In this document: in pieces, positions 58,929 to 64,000 of the stretch
How the letters are laid out: each line of letters begins with the position of its first letter
Position numbering within the stretch: the first letter of the stretch is position 1
Source of the DNA: Eledone cirrhosa
Taxonomy: Eukaryota
Assembly (NCBI GenBank): GCA_964016885.1
Contig: OZ024743.1
Span: 376,588,001 to 376,652,000 of the forward strand
Length of the DNA: 64,000 nt
Direction of reading: 5' to 3'
Program-made: the position numbers and the translations under genes
Notes under the pieces: model-generated
Told to the model about the DNA's origin: nothing
Seen by the model: the letters and a program-made list of their open reading frames with translations, nothing else
Databases searched by the model: none

Positions 58929-59010
<82 letters not shown>

Positions 59011-59435
59011 TTTTTACTCTTTGCCATGATCCAGCCCACAGGCTGAAGTCACGTCTGGACACCACCATTATATATATTCATATATATATGTGTATTTAAA
59101 TATGCAGACACACACACACACATATGCTGCTATGGTGTGTGCGTTATCTATTTTATCTCACACTTTTCTAGATAATTTCATATGTTATCAGATAACTTCA
59201 GTCTTGGTGCATATTTAAATGTGTTTTTTTTAAATATTTTTACAGTGCCATCTTTTAAATAAATCAGCCACCTGATTCTTAAATTCTTAAATTCTTAAAA
59301 TCTGCACATCTTTCTTCTTTTATGTTTTATTGTATTCGTTCATTCGTTATTCTCTCTTCGTTTAATATCTATGTTCTGAATAGTTTATCACACACTACAC
59401 AGTCACACACATATACACGCATACACACAACCCTG

Positions 59436-59596
<161 letters not shown>

Positions 59597-60784
59597 ATGT
59601 ATACACATCCACACACAGCTACACAACTACACAACCACACAACAACCATACACAGCCATACAATTACACGACCCCACACACAGCCACACACAGTCATACA
59701 CAGTTATACAGCTAGACAGCTACACACATAAACACATACACACACAGCCACACACCTTTCACCTACCTTTCAACTGCCTTTGTTTAATCTCCCTAGTTCT
59801 TAACACCAATCAACATTTTTAATTACAACCAATTTCCATTATGAAGACCATAAATTCTGTGGTTAAGGAATCAAAAATAAAACATATTTCCTGTAGGAAA
59901 GATCTCCAGAAAGTTCCAATAGAGAATTGTCACTCCACTTACATTAACTGTTTGTCAGGCATAGTATTCAGGAATAACGACACGTTTATGTCGTAAAAAT
60001 ATGTCAGTAAAGCTAATCCTTACTGGTGTTGTTTTATGGAATGGCTCCTTTAATCCCATTATATATATATTTTATCTTTAATCCTGTTAATAAATTTTAT
60101 CTCTATTTCATAGCTTCTAATCCGGTTGTTGTTGGTTGTTGCTCTGGATAGATTTGAATCGTATTTTATTCAACCATCATATCACTCTGTCCATCCATCT
60201 ATCCATCTATCCATCCTTCTTGCTATCTGTCCATCGATCTATTCATTCATACATTTATAAAAGCCATCCATCTATCTATGTTTACATTCTTCTATCTATC
60301 CCTTTATCCTTCTATCCATTTATCCACCTATTCTTCTATACATCCATCAATAATGGAGGAAGGGATATATGGATAGATGGATGAATGAACAGATAGGTAG
60401 ATAGATTGATAGATAGAGGAATGTATATATATATATACTTTTTTTTTTTTTTTTTACCTGGGAGTGAAAGGCCCCCAGTTGTTGTCACGACACCTTTCTA
60501 AGAAAGGGAAACTCTGAAAAATAACCTGCGGCTTCGGAAACATCCGATGATGTTGACCAGTTCTCCTTTTCGTGTAGTGTTTTCGATGGTCAGAGAGTGG
60601 GATTGGTCGAGTGAAAGGCCTTTCCCCACTTAAAAAACCTTCAAAGCACAGGCATTGCAGGATCTGTTACAGGTTCGTGTTGCTGGCCGTAGCCTAAAAG
60701 TGTACCATTTTCTGTAATCTGACAAGCGATTGCAAATACGCTTAGCAGAGTTTGCAACCATCATATATATATATATATGTGTGT

Positions 60785-60909
<125 letters not shown>

Positions 60910-61117
60910 TGTGGGTGGGTGGGTGTGTGTATTAATCTATGCATTCAACCATCTATCCGTCTAACCGTCTATCCAATCTGTAAAAAAATAGAATTATAAT
61001 TATTAAAAAACAATTAATATTCATTCCATGTAAGCCGACATATAATGAATAATATCTACTCTATACTTTTAAAATTACACGGTTGAAGACTACTTCTAGC
61101 AGCCATTTATACAGTAA

Positions 61118-61213
<96 letters not shown>

Positions 61214-61471
61214 CTCTCTCTCTCTGTATATATATACATATATATATGTGCATGTGTGTGAATATAGATGAGATCACTATATATATATATATATATATAT
61301 TTATTAAAATAACAGATTAAAGGGTTCTTATATATTTGATATATATTTATCCTTATCGAGCCCTCTTTGGATTTTAGTCTTCACATTTATTATTATTACT
61401 ATATATATATGAACATTTTTAACCCCGACGGCAGAGTTCAAGCCGTTTCGACGGCTATTTCTGGACAGCTA

Positions 61472-61771
61472 TTTAAGAAAAGGTGGTTCGTCTACAGACA
61501 CTCCATGAAGAACCGTGCACTGGAGAACTCTACGACGCTCACCAATAAAATCTGGCAGCTTAAGGACAGAAACCTAGAATATAAGATTAGCTGGTCAAAA
61601 TTATTGGTAGCGAAAGCCTACAGCAACGATATGTCCCACTGCGGGCTTTGTAATTTAGAACTACTACATATTTCAAGGTACGATGGGATGTTGCTTAACA
61701 GCAAAATAGAAAGATCTATTTTCTGTAGACATAAAATAGCTACTAGATTCACAAACTTTAAACCACCATGA
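61472..61771 (+). pseudogene. C-terminal part of a PLE GIY-YIG endonuclease (5'-truncated)
   Basis: FKKRW...STTLTNKIWQLKD..YKISW...CGLCNLE...LLNSKIE..CRHK; open frame to TGA; the ORF-track N-terminus is unrelated sequence. Confidence 0.85.
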
Positions 61772-62422
61772 ATTGAACCAGCAATCCCAAAATTAGTATT
61801 GAACTACCTAGATTTTAACATATAGAATACACACCATCGCACTGCTATTAGCTATCAAACGGCCAACTGGTCACTGGATCATAAATCTCTGAACATTTCT
61901 TTCACCCTCTCTCCCTGAAACAACATCAACCCCATTAAGATAGAACAATCAGCAAAACATTTATAACAAGCGTTTATCAAATGTCCCGTCATCCCTAGCC
62001 CATAAATATCATACATACATCCAGCAATTAATCTCTAATTTATTGTCTCTTTTATTGGACCCTCTACATGTATCTATGTACATCTCGAATCTTGTTTAAC
62101 ATGTTAGCACTAAACCCACCAACGAATCCTTATGAGAACACCTACTCAAAAACTACTACTATGTACTTACATGCTCTCACTTATTTATTTATTCATCTCT
62201 TTATATTCTCCATTCTCTCATTTTCTTACTTTTGTATGTACCCTATCTTATATTTTACTTTTACTTTTTACATCTGTAACTTCTCTACCTATTTACCATA
62301 CATGTTTTATTATTGATGTTATTGTTTAGATTATACGCTGTTTTATTATTGATGTTATTGTTTTAATTATACGCTATTTCTCTATATAAGTCTTGCGTCG
62401 AGTGAATTACTTTCATATCTAC

Positions 62423-62533
62423 GTACTCTGATGGGTTGACCATAGGTGAATAATGTATTGGAGATCGAATAACGCAACATCAAGCGATTAGCGAACTCTA
62501 GACCCACATGATCAACGAAACAATTGTCAGTAC
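62423..62533 (+). ncRNA. Hammerhead with 82-nt stem II domain, family E (A9G in this copy)
   Basis: GTACT-CTGATGG-GTTGACCAT...ATGATCAAC-GAAA-CAATTG-TC/AGTAC. Confidence 0.7.
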
Positions 62534-62606
62534 TTTAAATAAAGCCCTTATTGTACAGCCAACCATGTTAATCTTCATTCTTTAACTATATATATATATA
62601 TATAAC

Positions 62607-62809
62607 CCGGGGGGCTGAAAAGTTTCTGACTTAAGGGCATCACGAAAGGGTTAAAACTGTTACCTTTACAGGGAGGTAGGTCCGCTGTAATAAGTGTGTG
62701 GATCTGAGTGGGAAATATATTGAATAAAATCATAATTCACTGATTCCCCTGTATTTTTTTTTACTATTATTTTCTTTTACCCAAAGGCGGGAACTTTTCA
62801 GCGCCCCGG
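62607..62809. mobile_element. mariner-type MITE (~200 bp)
   Basis: Imperfect TIRs CCGGGGGGCTGAAAAGTTTC and GAACTTTTCAGCGCCCCGG; TA at the right end, TA tract at the left. Confidence 0.7.
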
Positions 62810-64000
62810 TAGAGAGAGGGGGGAGGGGAGATGGGGAGAGGGGTAGAAAGAGAAATAGACGGAAAGGGAGAAGGAAAGACATGTGGCTAGTCAAAAGAAA
62901 ACAATATTTAGGCAGCGGAAGTTTGTAGAAGCGAAATTTTGTTGCAATATTTCTCATGTAAATGTGTATGTTCTTGTGTGTGCGCGTTTGTGTTTATCTG
63001 CATGAGTACATGTGTTAATAGTGTGCTGTGTGCGTATAATGATATATGTATATGTTTTAAGAGGATGTTTTATATACATTGCTCCGAATTGTGTTTACAC
63101 CAAAAAAGGGGATTCAAAACAGACGACAACAGAACTGTATTTAACTGAACAAATTATATTTCGAAAACAAACAAATGTGATTAGTCAATATAACAAGCCT
63201 TCAATAAGTAGGCCCCGGTCAAAAATAATAATAAAATAAACAACATAAAATAAAATAAAATGAAAGGAAAAATCTATGATCGTTTCATGACCACCTGATA
63301 ACTATTTCATAACGAGGTGACAACAAACAAAAGCAGACATTTTCCAAAATGTCTTCCTTGTTAACAAAATGTCTTGGTGTCTTTCTATTTGTATGTATCT
63401 TTACATGAATTGTCCAACTATTTAGAGATTTTCAACTCACAGAATATGATGTCGTTTCATTTGTTTTCACACACATATATGATTCTCGTTATTGTCTACC
63501 TTGCAATCTCAATCTTTTTCTCTTGAATTGAATCTAACTATCGAAATCGGCCACACACTCATGCATACACACACACACACACATACACACACACACACAC
63601 ACACATATATACACACACATGTATATATATATATACATACGCACACACACATATATACATACATACACATATACATACATATATACATATACACAAACAT
63701 ATATATAAACATATACACATACAGACGCACGCACACATATACATACACAAATATGCATACACACACTCACACATATACAGATACATACACACGTATACAC
63801 AGACACACACACATACACACACATATACACACATACGACACTAATAGCTGTATGTCACAGAATTATATTATATTTTTAAACATTTCATCCTCCTTAACAG
63901 GTTCCTATGAAATGTCTCCGACGGATGTCGAATTAATGCTTCTAATACTAACTCAAACAAATATAAAAGCTTTTATCTTCATATATTCCTAGATACACAT

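Larger units (their letters stand above)
61472..62590 (+). mobile_element. 5'-truncated Penelope-like retroelement
   Basis: GIY-YIG tail, 3' UTR, HHR motif, AATAAA (62538-62543), then (TA)n. Confidence 0.8.

Overview
Eukaryotic, very AT-rich, repeat-dominated non-genic DNA, most likely from an octopod cephalopod (inferred from the SINE families; not verified). I found no intact protein-coding gene, tRNA, rRNA or CRISPR array. Almost all ORFs in the track are translations of (TA)n/(CA)n/(GA)n microsatellites. The only real coding remnants are the GIY-YIG endonuclease C-terminus of a Penelope-like element (PLE; 61472-61771) and two R4/Dong-type restriction-like endonuclease tails (39128-39413, 51312-51557). 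About 30 tRNA-derived SINE copies or fragments, two Tc1/mariner MITEs and several minisatellites are present. The main hidden structure: many short 'unique' islands between (TA)n tracts are PLE terminal fragments carrying type I hammerhead ribozyme (HHR) motifs. I count by eye about 18 complete or near-complete motifs plus many half-motifs, from about 10 families. They include a U3-A8 core variant with covarying stems, a GCAA-for-GAAA variant, and forms with 60-80 nt inserts in stem II. Many occur as head-to-head fold-back palindromes whose turning point lies in or just upstream of the ribozyme. A second class of fold-backs is centred on (TA)n tracts. All coordinates and structures were read by eye; family letters A-J are my own labels.
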